Shown: positions 55,757-63,837, counted from the stretch's first letter. The stretch is DNA of 64,000 nucleotides from Candidatus Saccharimonadales bacterium (GCA_035704495.1 DASSWW010000038.1:24389-88388); one strand, 5' to 3'. Numbers and translations: made by a program. Notes: generated by a model not told the origin, from the letters alone.

Positions 55757-56389
55757 ATGAACGAATCAAATCCCGGCAACAACTATGAGCAGCCACCCAT
55801 TAGCGCAGTGACTCGCTATTATGCTGATATTAATTATGCCGACGGTTCCTATGCGACGATAGTCATGGCTGTCGACAGCCTACTCGAGAGCCTTCCATTC
55901 AAGTCTGATCTGCGCGTAGACTCGCTCGGTAGTGAATTCTTGCCTCTGGAGTGGAAGGTAGAATTAGAACCGCGGATTGCGACTGAAAGACTGTCGCTAT
56001 TGCCGCTGGCACACATCGGTCCGCAACTAGATAAATCGGATTGTCCGACTGCTGAAATAAAAAAATGGTACGACCATGCACTGACTGGCGTTCGCCGACG
56101 GACAGGGGATAATCACGACAACTCCTGCCTAGAGAGCGGAAATGCGCAACATCTGATGTGTAAAAGTAGTACGATTTGCCCGCAACGTTTTATGGAACGC
56201 TACGTTTCAGACGATTTGATGCACCCAGATTTCAGCGACGACCGCTATCAAACCGATCCGTCACGTATGTATACGATTACTTCAGATAAGTTAGAACTCG
56301 CTATTAAACACGGTATTATATTGAAAGAGTTCGGTGAAACGCTAAAAAAGTCATACGCAAACGAATGGCACAAACGTTTTCAGGCATAA
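55757..56389 (+). CDS. Hypothetical protein, paralog family Q (copy 1)
   Basis: Shares D.(S/D)CL..(9-10)..C....CP and DF(S/T)...YQTD blocks with the 56460 product. Confidence 0.6.
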   Translation: MNESNPGNNYEQPPISAVTRYYADINYADGSYATIVMAVDSLLESLPFKSDLRVDSLGSEFLPLEWKVELEPRIATERLSLLPLAHIGPQLDKSDCPTAEIKKWYDHALTGVRRRTGDNHDNSCLESGNAQHLMCKSSTICPQRFMERYVSDDLMHPDFSDDRYQTDPSRMYTITSDKLELAIKHGIILKEFGETLKKSYANEWHKRFQA

Positions 56390-56424
56390 TACAAGCACCA
56401 CCGTCGTTACCGTGATGTCTATGC

Positions 56425-56453
56425 TTGCAACATCGCTACAATAACGTTATACC
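56425..56453 (+). promoter_or_regulatory. Promoter with -10 6 nt before the ATG of the 56460 gene (leaderless)
   Basis: TTGCAA, 17 nt, TATACC, then agaaatATG. This is the same -10-to-ATG module seen at clpP. Confidence 0.6.
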
Positions 56454-56459
56454 AGAAAT

Positions 56460-57113
56460 ATGACCGAACGATTTACCTATAGAAACAAGGAGCCGCTGCC
56501 ACCAACAGCGCCGATTCGGACGCTAGATGAAGATTTGCGTGTTCTGAGCGATGAATGCGCACTTGTTATGGCATATCAACGTTATATCAAAGACGAGCTT
56601 GGTATATCTGAAGAAGAAGCAGATGCACTGTTTCTGTTATTACAAAGCGAAGGAACATTACCATCCAGCGAGGCTTTTGACTCGGATGAATTATTGAATG
56701 GTATAAAAGAAGAATATCGCCTAGGTATTTTTAGCGGTATAGAGCCCCTGTATCGGAATATGCATACGTCTGAAGAGTACGAGGAATGGTTGCCGGCAGC
56801 ACTCAACGTCGTGGTGCCAAAAGACGGTCGCCATCAGCCAGACGATTGCCTGCGGACAAACGGAATCATCCATGGGTGCTGCGAGATTGGAACGTGCCCG
56901 GTACACATTGTGATTGATAGCGCGAAAGAATCGCTAGAATCCTCTGATTTTACTTCGTATGAATACCAAACAGATAGTGAAAAGGCCTGCCGAGATAGTT
57001 TAACGCTACTTTCCGAGTTGGTTGATCGTCATTACATCCCTTTGTTTGAAGCAAATAGGCTAAAATATGGCTACATCAATACATACAACCAAACCTTTAG
57101 TAAATCCGAGTAA
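56460..57113 (+). CDS. Hypothetical protein, paralog family Q (copy 2)
   Basis: 217 aa ORF in tandem with copy 1. Confidence 0.6.
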   Translation: MTERFTYRNKEPLPPTAPIRTLDEDLRVLSDECALVMAYQRYIKDELGISEEEADALFLLLQSEGTLPSSEAFDSDELLNGIKEEYRLGIFSGIEPLYRNMHTSEEYEEWLPAALNVVVPKDGRHQPDDCLRTNGIIHGCCEIGTCPVHIVIDSAKESLESSDFTSYEYQTDSEKACRDSLTLLSELVDRHYIPLFEANRLKYGYINTYNQTFSKSE

Positions 57114-57120
57114 TTACTCT

Positions 57121-57148
57121 TTACGAACACTTATAAACACTGTATAAT
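57121..57148 (+). promoter_or_regulatory. Putative tuf promoter
   Basis: TTACGA, 16 nt, TATAAT. AGGAGAA RBS before the ATG at 57212. Confidence 0.55.
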
Positions 57149-57211
57149 CAACATCATACGTCGCGGAGTCTATATGGGCTGTGCGCGAAAATAATTAATC
57201 AGGAGAACTAA

Positions 57212-58396
57212 ATGGCAGATTTTGATCGAACCAAACCTCACGTTAACGTTGGTACTATGGGTCACGTTGACCACGGTAAAACAACTTTGACCGCAGCGAT
57301 TACACACGTCCTTGCAAAGAAACTTCCAAGCGACACAAACAAAGCGCGCGCATACGCAGATATTGACAACGCACCAGAAGAGAAAGCTCGTGGTATCACG
57401 ATCGCTTCATCTCACCAGGAATACGAGTCAGAAGCTCGTCACTACGCACACGTCGACATGCCAGGTCACGCCGACTACGTTAAAAACATGATCACTGGTG
57501 CCGCTCAAATTGATGGTGCTATCCTAGTGGTTGCTGCAAACGACGGTCCACTGCCACAAACTCGTGAACACGTATTGCTTGCTCACCAGGTGAACGTTCC
57601 AAAAATCGTTGTTTTCCTAAACAAAATGGATCTTGCGGACGAAGAACTTGTTGAATTGGTTGAAATGGATGTTCGTGAATTGTTAACTAAAAACGGTTAC
57701 GACGGCGACAACGCACCAATCATCAAAGGCTCTGCAACAAAAGCTCTAGAAGGCGATGCAGCTAACGAAGAAGCAATCATGGAACTCGTCGCTGCACTCG
57801 ATAGCTACGTCGAAGAACCACAGCGCGACCTAGACAAACCATTCCTGATGCCTATCGAAGACGTTTTCTCGATCAAAGGTCGTGGAACAGTTGCAACTGG
57901 TCGTATCGAACAAGGTATCGTTAAAATTAACGATCCAGTCGAAATCGTCGGTGTGAAAGCAACTCAGAACTCAGTTGTTACTGGTATCGAAGCTTTCAAA
58001 AAGAACCTAAACCAAGGTCAAGCAGGCGACAACGCTGGTATCTTGCTACGCGGTATTGAACGCGAACAAGTTGAACGCGGTCAAGTTTTGGCAAAACCAG
58101 GTTCAATCACTCCACACACAGAATTCGAAGCCGAAGTCTACATCCTTAAAAAAGATGAAGGCGGACGTCACACTCCATTCAGCAAGGGTTACAAACCTCA
58201 GTTCTACTTCCGCACCACTGACGTTACCGGTGAAGTTGAACTTCCAGCTGACAAAGAAATGGTTATGCCAGGTGACACGTTGACTTTCAAAGTCAAACTA
58301 CTTGCTCCAATCGCCATGGAACAAGGTCTAAACTTCGCCATTCGCGAAGGTGGCAAGACCGTTGGTGCTGGTGTCGTTACCAAAATCACCAAATAA
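57212..58396 (+). CDS. tuf: Elongation factor Tu
   Basis: [17 protein letters not shown] and NKMD. Full-length 394 aa. Confidence 0.97.
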   Translation: MADFDRTKPHVNVGTMGHVDHGKTTLTAAITHVLAKKLPSDTNKARAYADIDNAPEEKARGITIASSHQEYESEARHYAHVDMPGHADYVKNMITGAAQIDGAILVVAANDGPLPQTREHVLLAHQVNVPKIVVFLNKMDLADEELVELVEMDVRELLTKNGYDGDNAPIIKGSATKALEGDAANEEAIMELVAALDSYVEEPQRDLDKPFLMPIEDVFSIKGRGTVATGRIEQGIVKINDPVEIVGVKATQNSVVTGIEAFKKNLNQGQAGDNAGILLRGIEREQVERGQVLAKPGSITPHTEFEAEVYILKKDEGGRHTPFSKGYKPQFYFRTTDVTGEVELPADKEMVMPGDTLTFKVKLLAPIAMEQGLNFAIREGGKTVGAGVVTKITK

Positions 58397-58413
58397 TTAG
58401 TCTCCTAATTATC

Positions 58414-58448
58414 AAAAATACCTCCGAATTATATCGGAGGTATTTTTT
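58414..58448 (+). terminator. Rho-independent terminator after tuf
   Basis: aaaaatacctccga-attata-tcggaggtatttttt. Confidence 0.9.
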
Positions 58449-58465
58449 GTATTGATTTATATAAA

Positions 58466-58536
58466 GAAAAACACCCCATCATATCCGGAGTACTCAATTG
58501 ATGAGGTGTCTTCTTAAACAGATATAGTGGGGTGGT
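58466..58536 (-). repeat. Cassette 3'-end structured element, copy 1
   Basis: Minus strand: ACCCCA, about 48 nt containing caattgagtactccgg, then TGGGGTGTTTTTC. It starts 5 nt after the stop of the 58540 gene. Confidence 0.6.
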
Positions 58537-58539
58537 TGA

Positions 58540-58902
58540 TCAAAGGCCTTTAATCGTGACGTACAGACGGCAACAATTGCTGTCATTGTTCATACTGACG
58601 ACCTTGCATCTGAATGCTAATGGCATGTCACCGGCACGATGAGCAATTTTTTGCTCGAACACGAGGGCGAGCCCAACAGGATTAATGCCGTCCATCGAAG
58701 CTTCTTTACACCACGGAACAGTAAACAGTACTGTTGGTTGATTTTTGCCAATAGCACGTTGAACGCCTCCACAAGGTAGTTTCAAACAAAAATCGTTCAA
58801 CTGTACGTCAAACGTAATATTACTACACAGAGTGGTCATTACGAAGTTGTCGATATCAGCGTTGATGGTGCTGATACCGTTTGCGGCCACATGGCTAGTC
58901 AT
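58540..58902 (-). CDS. Hypothetical Cys-rich protein (island C)
   Basis: 120 aa with 7 Cys. AAAGGA lies 6 nt before the ATG. Confidence 0.6.
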   Translation of the reverse strand: MTSHVAANGISTINADIDNFVMTTLCSNITFDVQLNDFCLKLPCGGVQRAIGKNQPTVLFTVPWCKEASMDGINPVGLALVFEQKIAHRAGDMPLAFRCKVVSMNNDSNCCRLYVTIKGL

Positions 58903-58977
58903 TTTAAGTCCTTTGAATGTATGTGTACGTCAAATTGGTACACATAGTACGAGCAAATAAAACAAGTGCTTATGTAA

Positions 58978-59006
58978 ATAATACCATAAATACAACTAGT
59001 TGTAAA
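58978..59006 (-). promoter_or_regulatory. Promoter of the 58540 gene, overlapped by a 14-bp palindrome
   Basis: Minus strand: TTTACA, 17 nt, TATTAT. The palindrome TACAACTAGTTGTA (58991-59004) spans the -35 and spacer. Confidence 0.55.
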
Positions 59007-59020
59007 TACACCATGATATG

Positions 59021-59090
59021 AAAGCACCCCGCCATGCCCAGAGGCACAGAGGAGTGCAGCTCAATAGGAATGTCGGGGTGAGTAGACGAG
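59021..59090 (-). repeat. Cassette 3'-end structured element, copy 2
   Basis: Minus strand: CACCCCG, about 42 nt containing ctattgagctgcactcctctgtgcctctggg, then CGGGGTGCTTTC. It lies 33 nt after the stop of the 59124 gene. Confidence 0.6.
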
Positions 59091-59123
59091 TGAAAAATTA
59101 CTGGGTATTTGCGTTGACCGACA

Positions 59124-59534
59124 CTACAGCATCAGGAAGTAGACCTGCTTTTGCTTTTCAGCATAGCCGTCAAACGCTACAACTCCCGGCCTAAAAACCC
59201 GATCGCAGTGACTGTTCATCACGTTTCGCAAATCATTGCCCTCTGTAAACACGCCTTTCAAGCTGTCGGGCTTGCTGAGGTAATCTGCGACAGCAGACGA
59301 AACGTCAACGGCAATAACGGTAGAGATGTCAGCTTCTAGTTGCAACTTTGCGTCTAGGCAACTAACCGCTTCTTCGGCTAACTGATGGAGTGCCACTAGC
59401 TGGTTGGGCGAGGCGTCTACGGCTGTAGCCGTATCTATTTCAATCCCTTCTGCCGGCGCGTTGGTGCGATCAATGTCAAATTTACTGCTATGCACGATAA
59501 CTCCTTTGTTGCTATTGAAACCGGTCAGGTTCAA
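59124..59534 (-). CDS. Hypothetical protein (second gene of a two-gene unit)
   Basis: The TTG start overlaps the upstream stop (TTGA). 136 aa. Confidence 0.55.
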   Translation of the reverse strand: MNLTGFNSNKGVIVHSSKFDIDRTNAPAEGIEIDTATAVDASPNQLVALHQLAEEAVSCLDAKLQLEADISTVIAVDVSSAVADYLSKPDSLKGVFTEGNDLRNVMNSHCDRVFRPGVVAFDGYAEKQKQVYFLML

Positions 59535-59812
59535 TTTTTGTATGCGACGTCAGCGACGCATAGGTATTCATTACCGAGTGTTTTGGTCATAGTAACCGAA
59601 ACGGTATCGGCTGAAAGTGTTTCTTTCAGGTTTTCTGCGACAGTATCACAGAAATCTTTTAACACGATCACGCGGTCACGACGCACTGTGTCTCGACTAA
59701 CAGTAGTCGAAGCCGTACTATCGCGACCGATAGTTTTCTGAAGTTTCGGTAGTAACATATTGGCAACATGGGTTGCACCGGTGCAGCGCACGTCACATGA
59801 TGTTGTATCCAA
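59531..59812 (-). CDS. Hypothetical protein (first gene of a two-gene unit)
   Basis: TTG start 5 nt behind GAGGAG. 93 aa. Confidence 0.55.
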   Translation of the reverse strand: MDTTSCDVRCTGATHVANMLLPKLQKTIGRDSTASTTVSRDTVRRDRVIVLKDFCDTVAENLKETLSADTVSVTMTKTLGNEYLCVADVAYKN

Positions 59813-59903
59813 TTTTTCTCCTCATCGAATTGTCTTTCTGGCAAATGCCAGAAATGAACTAATTGCCAGATATTATGTAAAGATAGGTGGTAATTCATTA
59901 TAT

Positions 59904-59932
59904 TTTATACCAAAAATAGGTTCGTATGTCAA
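59904..59932 (-). promoter_or_regulatory. Promoter of the 59812-59124 unit
   Basis: Minus strand: TTGACA, 17 nt, TATAAA. The leader contains three CTGGCA/TGCCAG repeats. Confidence 0.6.
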
Positions 59933-59976
59933 TAAATCACCATCAAACCAGTGAAACACGTTCACGTTTTTGTAAG

Positions 59977-60016
59977 TGAGGACATTGGAGCGAGCAGAAG
60001 CTCCGTTGTCCTCACT
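59977..60016. repeat. Inverted repeat / hairpin downstream of the 60033 gene, without a clear U-tract
   Basis: gtgaggaca..ggagc..gctcc..tgtcctcac, a nested stem. Confidence 0.4.
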
Positions 60017-60032
60017 CGTTACGAACGGATAG

Positions 60033-60389
60033 TTATTTTCGATATGTGGCCGTTATGGTCATAGCCGTATGCTTTGTCGGGCCGCTTAATGTCAGTGACA
60101 CGGGTTCTTTACCCAGAATACGCTGCATGTTAACACGAACGTCGCGCACCAACAACAACCTCCAACGCTTATGTGTTGTATCTGCCAGCGAATGATCAAA
60201 GCTGTACGCTCCTTTGGCAGGGCGTACAAAATCCAAAGTTGTCTGATCGACCTGTAGATTATCTAGCAGGCCGGCAACAACAAACCGCACGAGACCATCT
60301 CCAATTTTCATTACTCTTTCATCTGTTAACCATGCCGGGCCAGATTCATTAGTCTGTCGATGCGCATCAAAATCGATAATTTTCGCCAT
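60033..60389 (-). CDS. Hypothetical protein (island C)
   Basis: Start set at the ATG at 60389 (MAKIIDF), 6 nt behind a GGAG core. The ORF track extends to a TTG at 60440. Confidence 0.55.
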   Translation of the reverse strand: MAKIIDFDAHRQTNESGPAWLTDERVMKIGDGLVRFVVAGLLDNLQVDQTTLDFVRPAKGAYSFDHSLADTTHKRWRLLLVRDVRVNMQRILGKEPVSLTLSGPTKHTAMTITATYRK

Positions 60390-60484
60390 TTCTTGCTCCA
60401 ATGTCCGAATTGTTATTGGCGGTATCGCCACTTTATACAAATCACATCAATACTTGAAGTGATTATAAACACACTATACCATAT

Positions 60485-60572
60485 AAAAAGCAAACACCCC
60501 GCCTGTGACACCCAGAGGCGCCCAAGGTAGGGTGCTGCTCGATAGATGCAAAAACGGGGTTAGGTGATGACG
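60485..60572 (-). repeat. Cassette 3'-end structured element, copy 3
   Basis: Minus strand: cacctAACCCCG, about 53 nt containing ctatcgagcagcaccctaccttgggcgcctctggg, then CGGGGTGTTTGCTTTTT. The 5' arm contains the stop codon of the 60560 gene. Confidence 0.6.
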
Positions 60573-60805
60573 AGGAAATGGTGTTTGGATTCGAGCGATC
60601 GCAGGTGGCGAATCTTTTTCTCCTTCGATGCTTGAATCATCAGCACCATATTCACCTCGTTGACAGTAAAACAATCGTAATCGATCTGGTATTCGATTTC
60701 TACGACGCAGCCTGGTTTGGCATAATCGGCGTAATCGGCGGCCTTTGAAACGATTTCTTCGGCGATTTCTTTGCAGGTTTGCTGTTTGGTCGGTGTCATA
60801 ATCAT
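60560..60805 (-). CDS. Hypothetical protein (81 aa, second gene of a two-gene unit)
   Basis: GAAGG precedes the ATG. It starts 6 nt after the upstream gene. Confidence 0.55.
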   Translation of the reverse strand: MIMTPTKQQTCKEIAEEIVSKAADYADYAKPGCVVEIEYQIDYDCFTVNEVNMVLMIQASKEKKIRHLRSLESKHHFLVIT

Positions 60806-60811
60806 AGCCTT

Positions 60812-61312
60812 CTATCGGTGTGTGCCAGTTTTGTATTTGTCGTACTTGTCTATGAACTGAACACGAAACGTATGTTCTGTTGCATCCCAGACAAGTCGGA
60901 AATAGTGCTTAACAGTAACAGTTTTACGAAAAAAGTTTTTCCGTTTTTCGTGCCGAAACCACTCTTCAGATTCAATATAAGCAATAATCTGCTCCAAATC
61001 GCTGCCAGAGAATTGCCGCATCGCTCTCCTGACCGGTAATAAAAACCCATCAGGTGTATCGTTTACATATAGACGCGTCGAAGCGTAAATCGAAATCCTT
61101 GAAGCAACATTAGATGCTGCCGCGTTGTCAATTCGCGCTAACTTTGCAAGCGAGTCCCGTAGACCCGGCGTGCTCAATATAAAAGCTGGCGGATTTACAT
61201 CCCGTAACATCTGATTGACCTTTTTGCGAGCCTCTTGATCACTCATATTGGACACGGTCATCTCCTGTCGGTAGGTACAAACTAACTCATTAGTTATATG
61301 TATATCATGCAT
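60812..61312 (-). CDS. Hypothetical protein (start uncertain)
   Basis: 166 aa ORF. A TTGACA-17-CATGAT promoter overlaps the listed ATG, so the GTG at 61255, behind AGGAG, may be the real start. Confidence 0.5.
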   Translation of the reverse strand: MHDIHITNELVCTYRQEMTVSNMSDQEARKKVNQMLRDVNPPAFILSTPGLRDSLAKLARIDNAAASNVASRISIYASTRLYVNDTPDGFLLPVRRAMRQFSGSDLEQIIAYIESEEWFRHEKRKNFFRKTVTVKHYFRLVWDATEHTFRVQFIDKYDKYKTGTHR

Positions 61313-61332
61313 AATATAGTTAATTATGTCAA

Positions 61333-61361
61333 TTTACAAAGGGCAGGCTATCTGCTACACT
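61333..61361 (+). promoter_or_regulatory. Putative rpsJ promoter, back to back with the divergent island C promoter
   Basis: TTTACA, 17 nt, TACACT. About 95 nt of leader precede AAAGGAG. Confidence 0.55.
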
Positions 61362-61460
61362 ACCAAGGTATTATTAAATTTATATCGAGAACTCGGCCAG
61401 ACTGAACAAAGCAGATTCGAGCAGAGGTTACGGTATAGCACATAAAAGGAGTCTTATCTG

Positions 61461-61781
61461 ATGGCAGATAAACAAGAAGGCCTGCGTATTCGCATTCGCC
61501 TAAAGGCCTATGACCACAAGGTTATTGACCAATCAGCAAAACAAATTATCGACACGGCAATCCGTACCGGTGCCAGCATCGCAGGGCCAGTGCCACTGCC
61601 AACTCGTCGCAGCACGTTTACGGTCGTTAAATCACCACATGTTTACAAAACCGGTGGTGAAGCGTTTGAAATGCGCGTTCACAAACGTCTGATCGACATT
61701 ACTAACGCAACGCCAAAGACAATCGACAGTTTGCAAAACCTCAGCCTTCCAGCTGGTGTTGATGCCGAAATTCGTATGTAA
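61461..61781 (+). CDS. rpsJ: 30S ribosomal protein S10
   Basis: [20 protein letters not shown]......GA...GP.PLPT........SPH..K....FE.R.HKRLIDI. Confidence 0.97.
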   Translation: MADKQEGLRIRIRLKAYDHKVIDQSAKQIIDTAIRTGASIAGPVPLPTRRSTFTVVKSPHVYKTGGEAFEMRVHKRLIDITNATPKTIDSLQNLSLPAGVDAEIRM

Positions 61782-61798
61782 TTGTCGCCACTTAGCAA

Positions 61799-61828
61799 CA
61801 AAAACACCTCGCCTGGCGAGGTGTTTTT
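61799..61828. terminator. Bidirectional rho-independent terminator directly after rpsJ
   Basis: aaaaacacctcg-cctgg-cgaggtgttttt. Confidence 0.85.
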
Positions 61829-61844
61829 GATTGATTACCGAATA

Positions 61845-62171
61845 CTATTCAGCTTTTTCGGCTTTGGCTGCAGGCTGAAAATTATTATCAGTATAAGCAG
61901 AATTCAACTCTACTTGATCATACAGTTTTTGAATCTGCATGTTCAATGTCATAACCCACAAGCCAAGCGCCAAGATAAGGCCACCCAGAATGATCCAATA
62001 GAGGGTTTGTGTCGTAAACCTGTAGGTAAAGAACGGAACGGTTTCTTCTGAGCGTCGGAATGAGCGGACAGATGCTACCTTTGCTTTCTTTGTGCCTGCT
62101 TTTTTAGGGGCCTTATGGGCCGCAGTTGATTTTACCGATTTAACTGGTGACTTCTTTTTTGTTGCTGCCAT
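61845..62171 (-). CDS. Hypothetical membrane protein with a Lys-rich N-terminus (island D)
   Basis: AGGGGA RBS, one TM helix (LYWIILGGLILALGLWVM) and a basic N-terminal tail. Confidence 0.6.
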   Translation of the reverse strand: MAATKKKSPVKSVKSTAAHKAPKKAGTKKAKVASVRSFRRSEETVPFFTYRFTTQTLYWIILGGLILALGLWVMTLNMQIQKLYDQVELNSAYTDNNFQPAAKAEKAE

Positions 62172-62186
62172 AAATTCCCCTATAAT
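62159..62186 (+). promoter_or_regulatory. Putative promoter of the 62224 gene
   Basis: TTGTTG, 16 nt, TATAAT. This argues against the longer 62092 start. Confidence 0.5.
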
Positions 62187-62223
62187 TAAACGTTACCAGT
62201 ATTATGACTTATTTTACCCACCG

Positions 62224-62607
62224 ATGCAATATCTAATTGTACTTATGGTTTTTGCTTTGGTATACTACCTTGTAATGACACGCGAAAAACAAAAACGACC
62301 CCGCACGTATGCACGCAACCGTGCCGCAGTTATTAGTCGACGTGGTTACGAAAAAGTTTTCGAATCTGACAGCACATACCTCTTAAAACTTGTTGCATTT
62401 GTACTGCTTGGAACGTTATGGCTACGGTTCGCAGAGCCGGTGTTCTGGCTAGGAGTACCGCTGACCGGTATACCAATTGGCTTATTTATCGGTTTACTAC
62501 TGGTCAGACAGTTTGAAAAATATCAACTTGATCGCAAGATTTGGTACGCGATTTTAATTGTCGTCACTATTATTTGCTACTTCGTGCCTGCCGGTATTGT
62601 TATCTAG
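62224..62607 (+). CDS. Hypothetical multi-pass membrane protein (island D)
   Basis: ORF 62092-62607 trimmed to the ATG at 62224, which removes the overlap with the antisense gene. Four hydrophobic helices. Confidence 0.55.
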   Translation: MQYLIVLMVFALVYYLVMTREKQKRPRTYARNRAAVISRRGYEKVFESDSTYLLKLVAFVLLGTLWLRFAEPVFWLGVPLTGIPIGLFIGLLLVRQFEKYQLDRKIWYAILIVVTIICYFVPAGIVI

Positions 62608-62612
62608 AAATT

Positions 62613-62640
62613 AAAATGCCCCGACTTGCCGAGGCATTTT
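62613..62640. terminator. Bidirectional rho-independent terminator
   Basis: aaaatgcccc-gacttgcc-gaggcatttt. Confidence 0.8.
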
Positions 62641-62653
62641 AACTACCTAACGG

Positions 62654-63052
62654 TCAAGACGGGGCTCCTCCACGGAAATCGTCCAGAATTGCATCGCATG
62701 TCGTTGGCACACCTTGCGTCAGATGACCACGAATGGGATATGTTTCGTGCATATCGTAATATGTCAGTACTACTGTTGGATTGCGTGGATTTTTAGTTAA
62801 TGTGACGTGTAACAGAAACATACTAAAGAATTCGCTATGTGCATTCAATACGTCTGGCACAGTCAGCACTGGAAACTGGCGATCAAATAATGATTCGAAA
62901 TGCGCCTCTATCCATTGTCGAAGGTCGGCGGTGATGTAACGCGTATCCACGTTCCAGCCACCTAGGTTGTCGATATAGATATATATTGGATCATGATCAC
63001 TAAACATGACCTTAAAACGATTGTCTGTTGGAAACTTCCTGTTGAAGGGCAT
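62654..63052 (-). CDS. Hypothetical protein (island D)
   Basis: Start set at the ATG at 63052 (MPFNRKF), 10 nt behind GGACGGA. The ORF track begins at a GTG at 63061. Confidence 0.55.
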   Translation of the reverse strand: MPFNRKFPTDNRFKVMFSDHDPIYIYIDNLGGWNVDTRYITADLRQWIEAHFESLFDRQFPVLTVPDVLNAHSEFFSMFLLHVTLTKNPRNPTVVLTYYDMHETYPIRGHLTQGVPTTCDAILDDFRGGAPS

Positions 63053-63146
63053 TATTGTCACATCCGTCCTGATAGATATCGGAGACTAATAATTACATGT
63101 ATTATAACCTAAAAATATGGTTGTGTAAATACTTTCAAATTAATAT

Positions 63147-63227
63147 AAAAAGCCCGCACATTCCGGGCTCTAGCTGGCGGACTAACTGTAAAATGGTCAG
63201 TCCGCCAGCGAGCGGTAAGTGCGGGTT
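63147..63227 (-). terminator. Compound nested stem-loop terminator
   Basis: Minus strand: cccgcac..[ctggcggact..agtccgccag]..gtgcgggCTTTT. An alternative gcccg/cgggc hairpin also precedes the T-tract. Confidence 0.6.
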
Positions 63228-63250
63228 GTATTATGTAATGACGCCTATTC

Positions 63251-63583
63251 CTAATAAGGGATGCGTGGATTATATTCAATCTGTCGGATGAGCTGATGGA
63301 ACGCTTCCTCGGGAGGTGTGTCATCGGGCCAGGGCATAAAATCGATAAGCATATACCCGTTGCCGTCACGCTTGGGTTTAAATGCAACAATGACCCTTGC
63401 CGAAAAACGAACTCCTGGTCGAAGTCGTCCGTCGCCAAATTCGTATCCACCAGCTTGTATGTCATCGCATGGCAAGCCGGGTTGTGGAAATGCGTCGTAC
63501 GTCGCCATTCGACATGTGCCTTGCGCAACCATAACAATACCACTAGATGTCATGTATTCGGTAATAGCCGAAATAGGTGCCAT
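63251..63583 (-). CDS. Hypothetical protein (island D)
   Basis: AGGAGGA lies 5 nt before the ATG. 110 aa. Preferred over the overlapping 63109-63543 ORF. Confidence 0.6.
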   Translation of the reverse strand: MAPISAITEYMTSSGIVMVAQGTCRMATYDAFPQPGLPCDDIQAGGYEFGDGRLRPGVRFSARVIVAFKPKRDGNGYMLIDFMPWPDDTPPEEAFHQLIRQIEYNPRIPY

Positions 63584-63701
63584 GGTATCCTCCTAAGAGT
63601 TTATAATGTCCGGACGATCCGAATCATTACCATTTAATTTACTATAGCATAAATAGTATGAATACACAATAGTGGCGGTAGTAATACGTACACCTAAACA
63701 G

Positions 63702-63730
63702 TTGACAACCCGCCTCTGTTGTGATAAATT
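63702..63730 (+). promoter_or_regulatory. Putative rplC (S10-operon remainder) promoter
   Basis: TTGACA, 17 nt, TAAATT. Confidence 0.6.
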
Positions 63731-63801
63731 TGGTAGGTAACTTATTACGTAATAACAACTCGTTCTTGGTGAATTGGCAAGTCTACATCTGTAGAAACTG
63801 C

Positions 63802-63827
63802 CTCCCACCAAGAATTTTAAGTGGGAG
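63802..63827 (+). promoter_or_regulatory. Leader hairpin immediately upstream of the rplC RBS
   Basis: ctcccac-caagaattttaa-gtgggag, ending 10 nt before the ATG. Confidence 0.4.
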
Positions 63828-63837
63828 CAAAAGGGCA

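Noticed and set aside
58466-60572. Interpreting the repeated cassette 3' elements as integron attC sites.
   Set aside because: No integrase (intI-like tyrosine recombinase) or attI is visible in the window. The RYYYAAC/GTTRRRY core sites are not consistently present: only copy 3 has ACCTAAC, and no copy has a proper GTTRRRY partner. Each cassette also has its own promoter. The elements are kept only as an untested analogy.
60812-61312. A RelE/ParE-like toxin signature in the C-terminal half (SDLEQIIAYIESE ... HYFRLVWDATEHTFRVQFIDKYDKY).
   Set aside because: The resemblance is a loose pattern match judged by eye. The protein is much longer than RelE/ParE toxins, and the downstream 81-aa partner shows no antitoxin-like DNA-binding motif. 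The evidence is insufficient to call it.
63109-63543. A 144-aa minus-strand ORF overlapping the 63251-63583 gene.
   Set aside because: It is out of frame with a better-supported ORF that has an AGGAGGA RBS. It would also read through the compound terminator at 63147-63227.
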